This document shows, piece by piece, positions 1 to 15,445 of a stretch of DNA of 64,000 nucleotides (within the stretch, counting starts at the first letter, position 1; each line of letters starts with the position of its first letter). Under the pieces are notes generated by a model. The model was not told where the DNA came from, did no database searches, and saw only the letters and a program-made list of their open reading frames with translations. Location: assembly GCA_964016885.1 (NCBI GenBank), contig OZ024745.1, positions 10,602,001-10,666,000 on the forward strand, in the 5' to 3' direction. A program made the translations under genes and the position numbers. Source of the DNA: Eledone cirrhosa. Lineage: Eukaryota.

Positions 1-3000
1 CATCATCATCATCACCATAGCCAGTGGTACATCATCATCATCATCACCATAGCCAGTGGTACATCATCATCATCATCAACACCATAGCCAGTGGTACATC
101 ATCATCATCATCACCATAGCCAGTGGTACATCATCATCATCATCACCATAGCCAGTGGTACATCATCATCATCATCAACATAGCCAGTGGTACATCATCA
201 TCATCATCACCATAGCCAGTGGTACATCATCATCATCATCATCACCATAGCCAGTGGTACATCATCATCATCATCACCATAGCCAGTGGTACATCATCAT
301 CATCACCATAGCCAGTGGTACATCATCATCATCATCAACATAGCCAGTGGTACATCATCATCATCATCATCAACATAGCCAGTGGTACATCATCATCATC
401 ATCACCATAGCCAGTGGTACATCATCATCATCATCATCACCATAGCCAGTGGTACATCATCATCATCATCACCATAGCCAGTGGTACATCATCATCATCA
501 TCACCATAGCCAGTGGTACATCATCATCATCATTCACCATAGCCAGTGGTACATCATCATCATCATCACCATAGCCAGTGGTACATCATCATCATCATCA
601 CCATAGCCAGTGGTACATCATCATCATCATCACCATAGCCAGTGGTACATCATCATCATCATCATCATCATAGCCAGTGGTACATCATCATCATCATCAC
701 CATAGCCAGTGGTACATCATCATCATCATCACCATAGCCAGTGGTACATCATCATCATCATCACCATAGCCAGTGGTACATCATCATCATCATCACCATA
801 GCCAGTGGTACATCATCATCATCATCATCACCATAGCCAGTGGTACATCATCATCATCATCACCATAGCCAGTGGTACATCATCATCATCATCATCACCA
901 TAGCCAGTGGTACATCATCATCATCATCACCATAGCCAGTGGTACATCATCATCATCATCATCATAGCCAGTGGTACATCATCATCATCATCACCATAGC
1001 CAGTGGTACATCATCATCATCATCACCATAGCCAGTGGTACATCATCATCATCATCACCATAGCCAGTGGTACATCATCATCATCATCACCATAGCCAGT
1101 GGTACATCATCATCATCATCACCATAGCCAGTGGTACATCATCATCATCATCACCATAGCCAGTGGTAACATCATCATCATCATCACCATAGCCAGTGGT
1201 ACATCATCATCATCATCACCATAGCCAGTGGTACATCATCATCATCATCACATAGCCAGTGGTACATCATCATCATCATCACCATAGCCAGTGGTACATC
1301 ATCATCATCATCACCATAGCCAGTGGTACATCATCATCATCATCACCATAGCCAGTGGTACATCATCATCATCATCATCCATAGCCAGTGGTACATCATC
1401 ATCATCATCATCCATAGCCAGTGGTACATCATCATCATCATCACCATAGCCAGTGGTACATCATCATCATCATCACCATAGCCAGTGGTACATCATCATC
1501 ATCATCACCATAGCCAGTGGTACATCATCATCATCATCATCATAGCCAGTGGTACATCATCATCATCATCACCATAGCCAGTGGTACATCATCATCATCA
1601 TCACCATAGCCAGTGGTACATCATCATCATCATCACCATAGCCAGTGGTACATCATCATCATCATCACCATAGCCAGTGGTACATCATCATCATCATCAC
1701 CATAGCCAGTGGTACATCATCATCATCATCACCATAGCCAGTGGTACATCATCATCATCATCACCATAGCCAGTGGTACATCATCATCATCATCATCATA
1801 GCCAGTGGTACATCATCATCATCATCATCATAGCCAGTGGTACATCATCATCATCATCACCATAGCCAGTGTACATCATCATCATCATCACCATAGCCAG
1901 TGGTACATCATCATCATCATCATCATAGCCAGTGGTACATCATCATCATCATCACCATAGCCAGTGGTACATCATCATCATCATCACCATAGCCAAGTGG
2001 TACATCATCATCATCATCACCATAGCCAGTGGTACATCATCATCATCATCACCATAGCCAGTGGTACATCATCATCATCATCACCATAGCCAGTGGTACA
2101 TCATCATCATCATCACCATAGCCAGTGGTACATCATCATCATCATCATCACCATAGCCAGTGGTACATCATCATCATCATCACCATAGCCAGTGGTACAT
2201 CATCATCATCATCATCCATAGCCAGTGGTACATCATCATCATCATCACCATAGCCAGTGGTACATCATCATCATCATCATCATAGCCAGTGGTACATCAT
2301 CATCATCATCACCATAGCCAGTGGTACATCATCATCATCATCACCATAGCCAGTGGTACATCATCATCATCATCACCATAGCCAGTGGTACATCATCATC
2401 ATCATCATCATAGCCAGTGGTACATCATCAATCATCATCACCATAGCCAGTGGTACATCATCATCATCATCATCATAGCCAGTGGTACATCATCATCATC
2501 ATCACCATAGCCAGTGGTACATCATCATCATCATCACCATAGCCAGTGGTACATCATCATCATCATCACCATAGCCAGTGGTACATCATCATCATCATCA
2601 CCATAGCCAGTGGTACATCATCATCATCATCATCATAGCCAGTGGTACATCATCATCATCATCACCATAGCCAGTGGTACATCATCATCATCATCACCAT
2701 AGCCAGTGGTACATCATCATCATCATCACCATAGCCAGTGGTACATCATCATCATCATCATCCATAGCCAGTGGTACATCATCATCATCATCACCATAGC
2801 CAGTGGTACATCATCATCATCATCATCACCATAGCCAGTGGTACATCATCATCATCATCACCATAGCCAGTGGTACAATCATCATCATCATCAACATAGC
2901 CAGTGGTACATCATCATCATCATCACCATAGCCAGTGGTACATCATCATCATCATCATCACTAGCCAGTGGTACATCATCATCATCATCATCCATAGCCA

Positions 3001-6000
3001 GTGGTACATCATCATCATCATCACCATAGCCAGTGGTACATCATCATCATCATCACCATAGCCAGTGGTACATCATCATCATCATCATCATAGCCAGTGG
3101 TACATCATCATCATCATCATAGCCAGTGGTACATCATCATCATCATCACCATAGCCAGTGGTACATCATCATCATCATCACCATAGCCAGTGGTACATCA
3201 TCATCATCATCACCATAGCCAGTGGGTACAAATCATCATCATCATCATAGCCAGGTGGTACATCATCATCATCATCACCATAGCCAGTGGTACATCATCA
3301 TCATCATCATCACCATAGCCAGTGGTACATCATCATCATCATCATCCATAAGCCAGTGGTACATCATCATCATCATCACCATAGCCAGTGGTACATCATC
3401 ATCATCATCATCATAGCCAGTGGTACATCATCATCATCATCACCATAGCCAGTGGTACATCATCATCATCATCAACCATAGCAGTGGTTACATCATCATA
3501 ATCATCATCACATAGCCAGTGGTACATCATCATCATCATCACACCCATAGCCAGTGGTACATCATCATCATCATCACATAGCCAGTGGTACGATCATCAT
3601 CATCATCACCATAGCCAGTGTACTCATCATCATCATCATCACNNNNNNNNNNNNNNNNNNNNNNNNNNNNNNNNNNNNNNNNNNNNNNNNNNNNNNNNNN
3701 NNNNNNNNNNNNNNNNNNNNNNNNNNNNNNNNNNNNNNNNNNNNNNNNNNNNNNNNNNNNNNNNNNNNNNNNNNNNNNNNNNNNNNNNNNNNNNNNNNNN
3801 NNNNNNNNNNNNNNNNNNNNNNNNNNNNNNNNNNNNNNNNNNAGCCAGTGGTACATCATCATCATCATCACCATAGCCAGTGGTACAAGCATCATCATCA
3901 TCACCATAGCCAGTGGTACAACATCATCATCATCATCACCATAGCCAGTGGTACATCATCATCTCATCATCACACATAGCCAGTGGTACAACATCATCAT
4001 CATCACCATAGCCAGTGGTACATCATCATCATCATCACCATAGCCAGTGGTAACATCATCATCATCACCATAGCCAGTGGTACATCATCATCATCATCAC
4101 CATAGCCAGTGGTACATCATCATCATCATCACCATAGCCAGTGGTACATCATCATCATCATCACCATAGCCAGTGGTACATCATCATCATCATCACACAT
4201 AGCCAGTGGTACAACATCATCATCATCACCATAGCCAGTGGTACATCATCATCATCATCACCATAGCCAGTGGTACATCATCATCATCATCACCATAGCC
4301 AGTGGTACATCATCATCATCATCACCATAGCCAGTGGTACATCATCATCATCATCACCATAGCCAGTGGTACATCATCATCATCATCATCACCATAGCCA
4401 GTGGTACATCATCATCATCATCACCATAGCCAGTGGTACATCATCATCATCATCACCATAGCCAGTGGTACATCATCATCAATCACCATAGCCAGTGGTA
4501 CATCATCATCATCATCACCATAGCCAGTGGTACATCATCATCATCATCATCACCATAGCCAGTGGTACATCATCATCATCATCACCATAGCCAGTGGTAC
4601 ATCATCATCATCATCACCATAGCCAGTGGTACAACATCATCATCATCACCATAGCCAGTGGTACATCATCATCATCATCATCACCATAGCCAGTGGTACA
4701 TCATCATCATCATCACCATAGCCAGTGGTACATCATCATCATCATCACCATAGCCAGTGGTACATCATCATCATCACCATAGCCAGTGGTACATCATCAT
4801 CATCATCACCATAGCCAGTGGTACATCATCATCATCATCACCATAGCCAGTGGTACATCATCATCATCATCACCATAGCCAGTGGTACATCATCATCATC
4901 ATCACCATAGCCAGTGGTACATCATCATCATCACCATAGCCAGTGGTACATCATCATCATCACCATAGCCAGTGGTACATCATCATCATCATCACCATAG
5001 CCAGTGGTACATCATCATCATCATCACCATAGCCAGTGGTACATCATCATCATCATCACCATAGCCAGTGGTACATCATCATCATCACCATAGCCAGTGG
5101 TACATCATCATCATCATCACCATAGCCAGTGGTACATCATCATCATCATCACCATAGCCAGTGGTACATCATCATCATCATCACCATAGCCAGTGGTACA
5201 TCATCATCATCATCACCATAGCCAGTGGTACATCATCATCATCATCACCATAGCCAGTGGTACATCATCATCATCATCACCATAGCCAGTGGTACATCAT
5301 CATCATCATCACCATAGCCAGTGGTACATCATCATCATCATCACCATAGCCAGTGGTACATCATCATCATCATCACCATAGCCAGTGGTACATCATCATC
5401 ATCATCACCATAGCCAGTGGTACATCATCATCATCATCACCATAGCCAGTGGTACATCATCATCATCATCACACATAGCCAGTGGTACATCATCATCATC
5501 ATCACATAGCCAGTGGTACATCATCATCATCATCACCATAGCCAGTGGTACATCATCATCATCATCACCATAGCCAGTGGTACATCATCATCATCATCAC
5601 CATAGCCAGTGGTACATCATCATCATCAATCACCATAGCCAGTGGTACATCATCATCATCATCACCATAGCCAGTGGTACATCATCATCATCATCACCAT
5701 AGCCAGTGGTACATCATCATCATCATCACCATAGCCAGTGGTACATCATCATCATCATCACCATAGCCAGTGGTACATCATCATCATCATCACCATAGCC
5801 AGTGGTACATCATCATCATCATCACCATAGCCAGTGGTACATCATCATCATCATCACCATAGCCAGTGGTACATCATCATCATCATCACCATAGCCAGTG
5901 GTACATCATCATCATCATCACCATAGCCAGTGGTACATCATCATCATCATCATCACCATAGCCAGTGGTACATCATCATCATCATCACCATAGCCAGTGG

Positions 6001-9000
6001 TACATCATCATCATCATCACCATAGCCAGTGGTACATCATCATCATCATCATCACCATAGCCAGTGGTACATCATCATCATCATCACCATAGCCAGTGGT
6101 ACATCATCATCATCATCACCATAGCCAGTGGTACATCATCATCATCATCATCACCATAGCCAGTGGTACATCATCATCATCATCATCACCATAGCCAGTG
6201 GTACATCATCATCATCATCATCACCATAGCCAGTGGTACATCATCATCATCATCACCATAGCCAGTGGTACATCATCATCATCATCATCACCATAGCCAG
6301 TGGTACATCATCATCATCATCACCATAGCCAGTGGTACATCATCATCATCATCACCATAGCCAGTGGTACATCATCATCATCATCATCACCATAGCCAGT
6401 GGTACATCATCATCATCATCAACCACCATAGCCAGTGGTACATCATCATCATCATCATCATCACCATAGCCAGTGGTACATCATCATCATCATCATCACC
6501 ATAGCCAGTGGTACATCATCATCATCATCATCACCATAGCCAGTGGTACATCATCATCATCATCATCACCATAGCCAGTGGTACATCATCATCATCATCA
6601 CCATAGCCAGTGGTACATCATCATCATCATCACCATAGCCAGTGGTACATCATCATCATCATCATCACCATAGCCAGTGGTACATCATCATCATCATCAT
6701 CACCATAGCCAGTGGTACATCATCATCATCATCATCACCATAGCCAGTGGTACAACATCATCATCATCACCATAGCCAGTGGTACATCATCATCATCATC
6801 ATCGCCATAGCCAGTGGTACATCATCATCATCATCACCATAGCCAGTGGTACATCATCATCATCATCACCATAGCCAGTGGTACATCATCATCATCATCA
6901 CCATAGCCAGTGGTACATCATCATCATCATCACCATAGCCAGTGGTACATCATCATCATCATCATCACCATAGCCAGTGGTACATCATCATCATCACCAT
7001 AGCCAGTGGTACATCATCATCATCATCAGCCATAGCCAGTGGTACATCATCATCATCATCACCATAGCCAGTGGTACATCAACATCATCATCATCACCAT
7101 AGTCAGTGGTACATCATCATCATCATCATCACCATAGCCAGTGGTACATCATCATCATCATCACCATAGCCAGTGGTACATCATCATCATCACCACCATA
7201 GCCAGTGGTACATCATCATCATCATCACCATAGCCAGTGGTACATCATCATCATCATCACCATAGCCAGTGGTACATCATCATCATCACCACCATAGCCA
7301 GTGGTACATCATCATCATCACCACCATAGCCAGTGGTACATCATCATCATCATCATCACCACCATAGCCAGTGGTACATCATCATCATCATCATCACCAT
7401 AGCCAGTGGTACATCATCATCATCACCACCATAGCCAGTGGTACATCATCATCATCATCATCACCATAGCCAGTGGTACATCATCATCATCATCACCATA
7501 GCCAGTGGTACATCATCATCATCATCACCATAGCCAGTGGTACATCATCATCATCATCATCACCACCATAGCCAGTGGTACATCATCATCATCATCATCA
7601 CCACCATAGCCAGTGGTACATCATCATCATCATCATCACCATAGCCAGTGGTACATCATCATCATCACCACCATAGCCAGTGGTACATCATCATCATCAT
7701 CATCACCATAGCCAGTGGTACATCATCATCATCACCACCATAGCCAGTGGTACATCATCATCATCATCATCACCATAGCCAGTGGTACATCATCATCATC
7801 ATCACCATAGCCAGTGGTACATCATCATCATCATCACCATAGCCAGTGGTACATCATCATCATCATCATCACCACCATAGCCAGTGGTACATCATCATCA
7901 TCATCATCACCACCATAGCCAGTGGTACATCATCATCATCATCATCAACATAGCCAGTGGTACATCATCATCATCATCACCATAGCCAGTGGTACATCAT
8001 CATCATCACCACCATAGCCAGTGGTACATCATCATCATCATCATCACCATAGCCAGTGGTACATCATCATCATCATTACCATAGCCAGTGGTACATCATC
8101 ATCATCATCACCATAGCCAGTGGTACATCATCATCATCATCACCATAGCCAGTGGTACATCATCATCATCATCATCATCATAGCCAGTGGTACATCATCA
8201 TCATCATCATCAACATAGCCAGTGGTACATCATCATCATCATCATCACCACCATAGCCAGTGGTACATCATCATCATCACCACCATAGCCAGTGGTACAT
8301 CATCATCATCATCATCACCACCATAGCCAGTGGTACATCATCATCATCATCATCACCATAGCCAGTGGTACATCATCATCATCATCACCATAGCCAGTGG
8401 TACATCATCATCATCATCATCACCATAGCCAGTGGTACATCATCATCATCATTACCATAGCCAGTGGTACATCATCATCATCATCACCATAGCCAGTGGT
8501 ACATCATCATCATCATCACCACCATAGCCAGTGGTACATCATCATCATCATCATCACCATAGCCAGTGGTACATCATCATCATCATCATCACCATAGCCA
8601 GTGGTACAACATCATCATCATCATCACCATAGCCAGTGGTACATCATCATCATCATCATCACCATAGCCAGTGGTACATCATCATCATCATCACCATAGC
8701 CAGTGGTACATCATCATCATCATCACCATAGCCAGTGGTACATCATCATCATCATCATCACCATAGCCAGTGGTACATCATCATCATCATTACCATAGCC
8801 AGTGGTACATCATCATCATCATCACCATAGCCAGTGGTACAACATCATCATCATCATCACCATAGCCAGTGGTACATCATCATCATCATCACCATAGCCA
8901 GTTGTACATCATCATCATCATCATCACCATAGCCAGTGGTACATCATCATCATCATCACCATAGCCAGTGGTACAACATCATCATCATCACCATAGCCAG

Positions 9001-10668
9001 TGGTACATCATCATCATCATCATCACCATAGCCAGTGGTACAACATCATCATCATCATCACCATAGCCAGTGGTACATCATCATCATCATCATCACCATA
9101 GCCAGTGGTACATCATCATCATCATCACCATAGCCAGTGGTACATCATCATCATCATCACCATAGCCAGTGGTACATCATCATCATCATCACCACCATAG
9201 CCAGTGGTACATCATCATCATCATCATCACCATAGCCAGTGGTACATCATCATCATCATCACCATAGCCAGTGGTACATCATCATCATCATCACCATAGC
9301 CAGTGGTACATCATCATCATCATCACCATAGCCAGTGGTACATCATCATCATCATCATCACCATAGCCAGTGGTACATCATCATCATCATCATCACCATA
9401 GCCAGTGGTACATCATCATCATCATCATCACCATAGCCAGTGGTACATCATCATCATCATCATCATCATAGCCAGTGGTACAACATCATCATCATCATCA
9501 CCATAGCCAGTGGTACATCATCATCATCATCATCATCACCATAGCCAGTGGTACATCATCATCATCATCACCATAGCCAGTGGTACATCATCATCATCAT
9601 CATCATCACCATAGCCAGTGGTGCATCATCATCATCATCACCATAGCCAGTGGTACATCATCATCATCATCATCACCATAGCCAGTGGTACATCATCATC
9701 ATCATCACCATAGCCAGTGGTACATCATCATCATCATCACCATAGCCAGTGGTACATCATCATCATCATCATCATCATCATCACCATAGCCAGTGGTGCA
9801 TCATCATCATCACCATAGCCAGTGGTACATCATCATCATCATCATCACCATAGCCAGTGGTACATCATCATCATCATCATCACCATAGCCAGTGGTACAT
9901 CATCATCATCACCATAGCCAGTGGTACAACATCATCATCATCATCACCATAGCCAGTGGTACATCATCATCATCATCATCACCATAGCCAGTGGTACAAC
10001 ATCATCATCATCACCACCATAGCCAGTGGTGCATCATCATCATCACCATAGCCAGTGGTACAACATCATCATCATCACCACCATAGCCAGTGGTGCATCA
10101 TCATCATCACCATAGCCAGTGGTGCATCATCATCATCATCATCACCATAGCCAGTGGTACATCATCATCATCATCATCATCACCATAGCCAGTGGTGCAT
10201 CATCATCATCATCATCACCATAGCCAGTGGTACATCATCATCATCATCATCATCACCATAGCCAGTGGTGCATCATCATCATCATCATCACCATAGCCAG
10301 TGGTACAACATCATCATCATCACCATAGCCAGTGGTACATCATCATCATCATCATCATCACCATAGCCAGTGGTGCATCATCATCATCATCATCACCATA
10401 GCCAGTGGTACATCATCATCATCATCATCACCATAGCCAGTGGTACATCATCATCATCATCACCATAGCCAGTGGTACAACATCATCATCATCACCATAG
10501 CCAGTGGTACAACATCATCATCATCACCATAGCCAGTGGTACAGCATCATCATCATCACCATAGCCAGTGGTACAACATCATCATCATCACCATAGCCAG
10601 TGGTACAACATCATCATCATCACCATAGCCAGTGGTACATCATCATCATCACCATAGCCAGTGGTACA
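1..10668. repeat. 32-bp compound minisatellite (CAT)4-7 CAC CATAGCCAGTGGTA
   Basis: AGCCAGTGGTA recurs with a modal 32-bp period (e.g. positions 19 and 51); unit length varies in 3-bp steps through the CAT count; the array runs off the left edge. Confidence 0.98.
3643..3842. other. Assembly gap (200 N)
   Basis: Exactly 200 N; the flanking units carry single-base indels typical of low-quality contig ends. Confidence 0.98.
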
Positions 10669-10932
10669 ATGTTCACTAATCATCTATTATTTTGTGAGTG
10701 ACATCAGGTTAAGAAATATCTTTTAAGGGGGAAAGAAACTATAAAGTTGCCTCCATTTGCAATGGGGGATATTTGTGTTTAATGTTGCAGTTAACAGTTG
10801 CAAGGTTTCTACAGTTTATCATACAGAACTGTGAAAAGTGTTTGGAGAAGAACATTGGAAATGGAATACGTACATTCAGTCAGTCAGTTGACCTCAAGTC
10901 AGTCAGTTGACCTCAAATCAGTCAGTTGACCT

Positions 10933-11155
10933 CAAGAGATGTCAACATAAATGGATCTGATATTTTTATCTAAAGACATTTTTTCCAATTCCAACCCACC
11001 CGTCTCCTCAATCTATCTTATTTCTCATTCTTTCTTCTGCTGAAGGACTAGCATCCAAAACGTTAAGACCTTCTTCTTGCTTTATCAAGCATTAAACTAA
11101 TATATTCCTCCCATATACTGTACCGATTGTGTTGTTATTTCTGTTTACCTTTTAC
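10933..11155 (+). mobile_element. Penelope-like element terminal (pLTR) fragment with a degenerate hammerhead, ending in (TA)n
   Basis: Aligns by eye to the reverse complement of 37110-37340; contains TCTT CTGCTGA AGGAC TAGC ATCC AAAACGTT AAGA (11033-11068), a mutated version of the intact hammerhead at 37205-37240. Confidence 0.65.
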
Positions 11156-11159
11156 ATAT

Positions 11160-11219
<60 letters not shown>

Positions 11220-11359
11220 GGTGTTGAATGCTTAAAGCGTCCGTATGCGGTAGGCCGTTTGAGCACTCGATGCTCTTATAGAGCAGAGTATGATATCACA
11301 GAAGAAAGAGAATCAGTGTTGCGACGAATGGAATTTATTGGACATATTACATATATGAA

Positions 11360-11900
11360 GTCACCCGGATAGTAAACCAAGTCATACAGAATGGGGTTGT
11401 TCCGAAGGACTGGCGTAGCAGCATCATCGTTAACTGTTACAAGGGTAAAGGAGACGCCCTAGATAGGAGTAACTATAGAGGCATTAAATTAATCGACCAG
11501 GTCATGAAGGTCACGGAAAAAGTAATAGCGCAACTAATCAGAGAGAGAATTGATCTAGATGAAATGCAGTTCGGGTTTGTGTCAGGCAGAAGTACCACAG
11601 ACACTCTTTTCATTGTACGACAACTACAGAAGTACCTAGCTAAAAGTAAACCCCTATACTTAGCTTTTATCGACTTGGAGAAAGCCTTCGACAGAGTCCC
11701 CCGTTCCATTATCTGGTGGGCTCTTAGAAAACTAGGCGTTGACGAATGGCTTGTGAGGGCTATACAAGCCACGTATAAAGAAACAGTCAGCAAGGTTAGA
11801 ATTAACAACGAATATAGTGAAGAGTTTAGCGTAAAAGTTGGTGTCCATCAGGGCTCTGTTCTTAGCCCCCTAATATTTATTATTGCCCTTCAGGCTATAA
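11360..11900 (+). mobile_element. RTE-clade LINE reverse transcriptase fragment
   Basis: In-frame VPKDWRSSIIVNCYKGKGDALDRSNYRGIKLID...QFGFVSGRSTTD...AFIDLEKAFDRVPR...GVHQGSVLSP; these are non-LTR RT motifs, truncated before YADD. Confidence 0.92.
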
Positions 11901-14390
11901 CATTCTGGTGCCATGATAAACACTCAGTCCACCCTTCTAGGTGGTCATTCTGGTGCCATGCTAAACACCCAGTCCACCCTTCTAGGTGGTCATTCTGGTG
12001 CCATGCTAAACACCCAGTCCACCCTTCTAGGTGGTCATTCTGGTGCCATGCTAAACACCCAGACCACCCTTCTAGGTGGTCATTCTGGTGCCATGATAAA
12101 CACCCAGTCCACCCTTCTAGGTGGTCATTCTGGTGCCATGCTAAACACCCAGCCCACCCTTCTAGATGGTCATTCTGGTGCCATTTTAAACACCCAGTCC
12201 ACCCTTCTAGGTGGTCATTCTGGTGCCATGATAAACACTCAGTCCACCCTTCTAGGTGGTCGTTCTGGTGCCATGATAAACACCCAGTCCACTCTTCTAG
12301 GTGGTCATTCTGGTGCCATGATAAACACCCAGTCCACCCTTCTAGGTGGTCATTCTGGTGCCATGATAAACACTCAGCCCACCCTTCTAGGTGGTCGTTC
12401 TGGTGCCATGATAAACACCCAGTCCACTCTTCTAGGTGGTCATTCTGGTGCCATGATAAACACTCAGTCCACCCTTCTAGGTGGTCATTCTGGTGCCATG
12501 ATAAACACTCAGCCCACCCTTCTAGGTGGTCGTTCTGGTGCCATGATAAACACCCAGTCCACTCTTCTAGGTGGTCATTCTGGTGCCATGATAAACACTC
12601 AGTCCACCCTTCTAGGTGGTCGTTCTGGTGCCATGATAAACACCCAGTCCACCCTTCTAGGTGGTCATTCTGGTGCCATGATAAACACTCAGTCCACCCT
12701 TCTAGGTGGTCGTTCTGGTGCCATGATAAACACTCAGTCAACCCTTCTAGGTGGTCATTCTGGTGCCATGATAAACACTCAGTCCACCCTTCTAGGTGGT
12801 CGTTCTGGTGCCATGATAAACACTCAGTCCACCCTTCTAGGTGGTCATTCTGGTGCCATGATAAACACTCAGTCCACTCTTCTAGGTGGTCGTTCTGGTG
12901 CCATGATAAACACCCAGTCCACCCTTCTAGGTGGTCGTTCTGGTGCCATGATAAACACTCAGTCCACCCTTCTAGGTGGTCATTCTGGTGCCATGATAAA
13001 GACTCAGTCCACTCTTCTAGGTGGTCGTTCTGGTGCCATGATAAACACTCAGTCCACCCTTCTAGGTGGTCATTCTGGTGCCATGATAAACACTCAGTCC
13101 ACTCTTCTAGGTGGTCGTTCTGGTGCCATGATAAACACTCAGTCCACCCTTCTAGGTGGTCGTTCTGGTCCCATGATAAACACTCAGTCCACCCTTCTAG
13201 GTGGTCGGTCTGGTCCCATGATAAACACCCAGTCCACCCTTCTAGGTGGTCGTTCTGGTGCCATGATAAACACTCAGTCCACCCTTCTAGGTGGTCGTTC
13301 TGGTCCCATGATAAACACTCAGTCCACCCTTCTAGGTGGTCAGTCTGGTCCCATGATAAACACCCAGTCCACCCTTCTAGGTGGTCGTTCTGGTCCCATG
13401 ATAAACACTCAGTCCACCCTTCTAGGTGGTCGTTCTGGTCCCATGATAAACACTCAGTCCACCCTTCTAGGTGGTCGTTCTGGTGCCATGATAAACACTC
13501 AGTCCACCCTTCTAGGTGGTCGTTCTGGTCCCATGATAAACACTCAGTCCACCCTTCTAGGTGGTCATTCTGGTGCCATGATAAACACTCAGTCAACCCT
13601 TCTAGGTGGTCATTCTGGTGCCATGCTAAACACCCAGTCCACCCTTCTAGGTGGTCATTCTGGTGCCATGATAAACACCCAGTCCACCCTTCTAGGTGGT
13701 CATTCTGGTGCCATGCTAAACACCCAGTCCACCCTTCTAGGTGGTCATTCTGGTGCCATGATAAACACCCAGTCCACCCTTCTAGGTGGTCATTCTGGTG
13801 CCATGCTAAACACTCAGTCCCCCCTTCTAGGTGGTCATTCTGGTGCCATGCTAAACACCCAGTCCACCCTTCTAGGTGGTCATTCTGGTGCCATGCTAAA
13901 CACCCAGTCCACCCTTCTAGGTGGTCATTCTGGTGCCATACTAAGCACCCAGTCCACTCTTCTAGGTGGTCATTCTGGTGCCATGATAAACACCCAGTCC
14001 ACCCTTCTAGGTGGTCATTCTGGTGCCATGCTAAACACTCAGTCCACCCCTCTAGGTGGTCATTCTGGTGCCATGCTAAACACCCAGTCCACCCTTCTAG
14101 GTGGTCATTCTGGTGCCATACTAAGCACCCAGTCCACTCTTCTAGGTGGTCATTCTGGTGCCATGATAAACACTCAGTCCACCGTTCTAGGTGGTCATTC
14201 TGGTGCCATGATAAACACTCAGTCCACCCTTCTAGGTGGTCATTCTGGTGACATGATAAACACCCAGTCCACTCTTCTAGGTGGTCATTCTGGTGCCATG
14301 ATAAACACCCAGTCCACCCTTCCAGGTGGTCGTTCTGGTGCAATGAAAAGCACGCAGTCCACCCTTCTAGGGGGTGGTTCTAGTGTCATG
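11901..14390 (+). repeat. 45-bp minisatellite (~55 copies) derived from the RTE/SINE 3'-tail segment
   Basis: Unit CATTCTGGTGCCATGATAAACACCCAGTCCACCCTTCTAGGTGGT; the right end grades into GGCAAAAAAAGCACCC...TTAGGAAGGGCATCCAGCT (14390-14475), the tail also seen at 21280-21345. Confidence 0.93.
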
Positions 14391-14696
14391 GCAAAAAAAG
14401 CACCCTGTAAAATTGGTAGTGCCACAAAACTCTCAGTCCATGTTCTTGGTATTAGGAAGGGCATCCAGCTATAGAAAACCAATCCCGAAACAGTTTGTAT
14501 GAGCAAGATGTGGTCACCTGACCTGCTTGGACCCATAACATGGCAACCTGTCTTTTAGAATCACAAACAACAAATTAATCACGAAAAACTTCATTTTACT
14601 GAATGCCATAAAATACTTGATTATTTTAAAAATTAACTAAAACTCCTAAACTGTGTATTTCATTAGAAATATGGTGATTATGTTAATGATGATAAT

Positions 14697-14915
14697 GGTT
14701 TCTGATTTAGGTAGAAGACCAATAATTGTGGGGAGGGGAAAGTCAGTTAAATCAACCCCAGTGTATTACTGGTACTCTATTTTATCGACCCTAAAAGGAG
14801 GAAAGGCAAAACTAACCTGAGTGAGATTTAAACTCAGAATGTAAGGGGGGGGGGTGTAACTCTATGCTGCAAGGGATGCTGTCTGACGCTCTACCGATCC
14901 CACTGCCGATCCATT
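14697..14915 (-). mobile_element. SINE (tRNA-derived, conserved-core type), degenerate
   Basis: Shares TACTGGTACT...TTTATCGACCC...GAAAGGCAAA...GATTT(G/A)AACTCAG with copies at 32.1-32.4k, 35.7k, 38.5k and 46.55k; minus-strand B-box-like GAGTT(C/T)AAATC. Confidence 0.65.
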
Positions 14916-14994
14916 ACCTTGTTGTGTTAATCATAATAAATTGTTTTGAAAAGTTTTGTTTACAATAATAATAATAATCTTCTTCTTTTGTCAG

Positions 14995-15161
14995 GTATTT
15001 TACTGTGTAAAGAGATTTACGCCAAGTCCGGCCCAAGTTTTGCAGATTTCAAATCTGTTCTAGAGAAAGATGCTGATATTCAGCAGAAGCTGACCAATGT
15101 ACGCGACCAGGTGAAGCAATTTTCAGAAAAATTTCCAATGCCTGGCTTGGATGAAATGTAA
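14995..15161 (+). CDS. SHMT: Serine hydroxymethyltransferase, final coding exon
   Basis: Polypyrimidine acceptor tcttcttcttttgtcAG (AG at 14993-14994), then (G)ILLCKEIYAKSGPSFADFKSVLEKDADIQQKLTNVRDQVKQFSEKFPMPGLDEM*. This matches the SHMT C-terminus (DFK...L..D...L..LR..V.QFA..FPMPG.DE). No earlier exons seen, so the last intron probably exceeds 15 kb. Isoform (cytosolic vs mitochondrial) not determined. Confidence 0.9.
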
Positions 15162-15445
15162 AACACCAACTTACTCCGTTTGATGCCTGCTATATATAGT
15201 TTATTTCTTTACCTGGTTTCGTGGAATGGAAACATTTTCTATTCTGTTCTTTTTGTTTATTTTAACTTCATATGAATTATATATCTAATGGGTCTGTAGA
15301 GTGTCGGTCTTACCAACCCTGCTCTCAAAATACACATGTAGATACACACATACATAAATAAGTACACACATACATATTTAAATACATGTATACATAGACA
15401 AGTACACACATGTAGAATAATACACACAGGCGTAGATATATGCAT

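Noticed and set aside
11890-14474. 817- and 853-aa repeat ORFs
   Set aside because: Alternative frames of the 45-bp minisatellite.
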